Under the pieces are notes generated by a model. That model was given only the letters and a program-made list of their open reading frames with translations, searched no databases and was not told the DNA's origin. The translations under genes were made by a program, and so were the position numbers. Positions 62,641-64,000 of a DNA stretch of 64,000 nucleotides are shown here, one piece after another (the stretch's first letter is position 1; every line of letters begins with the position of its first letter). The DNA comes from Octopus sinensis (taxonomy: Eukaryota): the NCBI RefSeq assembly GCF_006345805.1, contig NC_042998.1, positions 175,150,001-175,214,000 of the forward strand, read 5' to 3'.

Positions 62641-64000
62641 ATCACCAATCAAATCCTTCAGTGCCAAAGTTGAACTCCAGCTTTATTGTATCAATGGGAT
62701 AATAGGTTAACCATCCTGTCAACAAGACACCAGTCTATTGTGTATAACACTCCTGGAAAATCCTGGGCCCACTGGTGGACTGATTCAATATTGCCCTAAG
62801 ATTTTGTGGTATACCTAACATGCCATCCAGATTATACCATTTTCTTAGACCTTTAGCGAGCTTTTAGCCCACTAATTTAATATAATGTCCAGCCATCCTT
62901 CGATAGCTGTAGGAATTAATCCAGTGAGAAACAACAGCAATTCGTATGAGTTTTCGAAGCCTTCGTGTACATGGTAGATTTATTCCAATCCGGGAGAAGA
63001 GCATTCATAAACAGCTTGTATATTTAACATTTAACAGAACAGAATGGAAGTTGAATAAGAAAAGGTTTTCATCTTGCCACCTTCCATGACTAGAATAGTG
63101 GATTCAACTCAATTCAAATCAACGTGGGGTAGTCCAGTAGCAGAGAGGAAGATGATGCAGTTAGCAGCAAGCCACTTTGGTCAGTAAAAGAGACCATTCT
63201 TGGCTCTGCGCGCCTTTTTATCCCTATCTCACGAGCACCACCTCATTGTTAACAATGTGACCAGGGGAGATAACTCCAGATGACCCACGTTCAGACATGG
63301 ATTCAACTATGGTTGCCTACAGACCTTTGGTATCTCAAGCTGAGACCTGTATGTTGTAAACATTTGTACAATCATGCAGACATTGAACCTGCAAATGTTG
63401 AGGCTGGATATTTGTTGTATTAATATCATCCAATCTTGTTCAGTTATAGACTACTCCTCCACCACTGATTAATTTATATAGGAAGAAAAAAATATATATT
63501 TTGCCCAGGAACACATTTAGTGAATTTAGAGACACAACCCTATGAACAGATAAATCAATGCCCCTTAATTACTTGGCCATTTCACCTTTTCTTGTTTACA
63601 TCATCTGAGTTTGTAAGCAGTATCCAGATAATGGAAAAGAGCAGAGAAGCTGAGTACATTGGTAAATTAATGGCTGGCAAGCCTATGTTGGAGTTTGCTT
63701 ACTAAAAGTAGCAGCTAAATTTCCCTCATATCACTCTCTACTAAGAAAGTAAATGTATTGGATTATGTATTTCTGTATCTGAAAAAGAAGAGACAGGATG
63801 GTCATGGTTGGAATACCTTTTCTCACTTTGGTCTGACATGGGGCAAAACAACAATGACTAATAACTGAAGAGTGTTTCTTAATTAAATGAGTTATTATGG
63901 TCTAGCTTTCCAGCTGCAGCTAACTGACTGCACACTAGATCTGATAAGGTCACCTAAATAACAGCACTTATCTATTATTTTAAGTTCACTCTGAAAATTG

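Overview
AT-rich, microsatellite-dense animal genomic DNA. It is most likely from an octopod cephalopod, inferred from recognising its tRNA-derived SINE families from memory. No host gene could be recognised: almost all supplied ORFs are microsatellite or transposon artefacts, and only a few weak candidate exons are offered. The window is dominated by retroelements: RTE LINEs and their 3' tails, two CR1 3' ends, CR1/Jockey-group RT relics, an RTE-X-like 3' end, an R4/Dong-type element inside (TAA)n, a decayed Penelope-like element (RT + GIY-YIG) and several SINE families. DNA transposons include a deleted mariner, TTAA-flanked MITEs, a GG-terminal MITE with an 8-bp TSD and two 398-bp non-autonomous Helitrons. 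The most interesting signal is three unrelated short elements, all on the minus strand, that carry minimal hammerhead-ribozyme cores of the Penelope terminal-repeat type. One of them is fused to a tRNA-like Pol III head. Also notable are recurrent internally deleted RTE derivatives, a ~65-nt hairpin-module array in the RTE 3' UTR that varies in copy number, and head/tail shuffling among the SINEs. Repeat boundaries are read by eye and approximate unless a TSD or TIR is cited.
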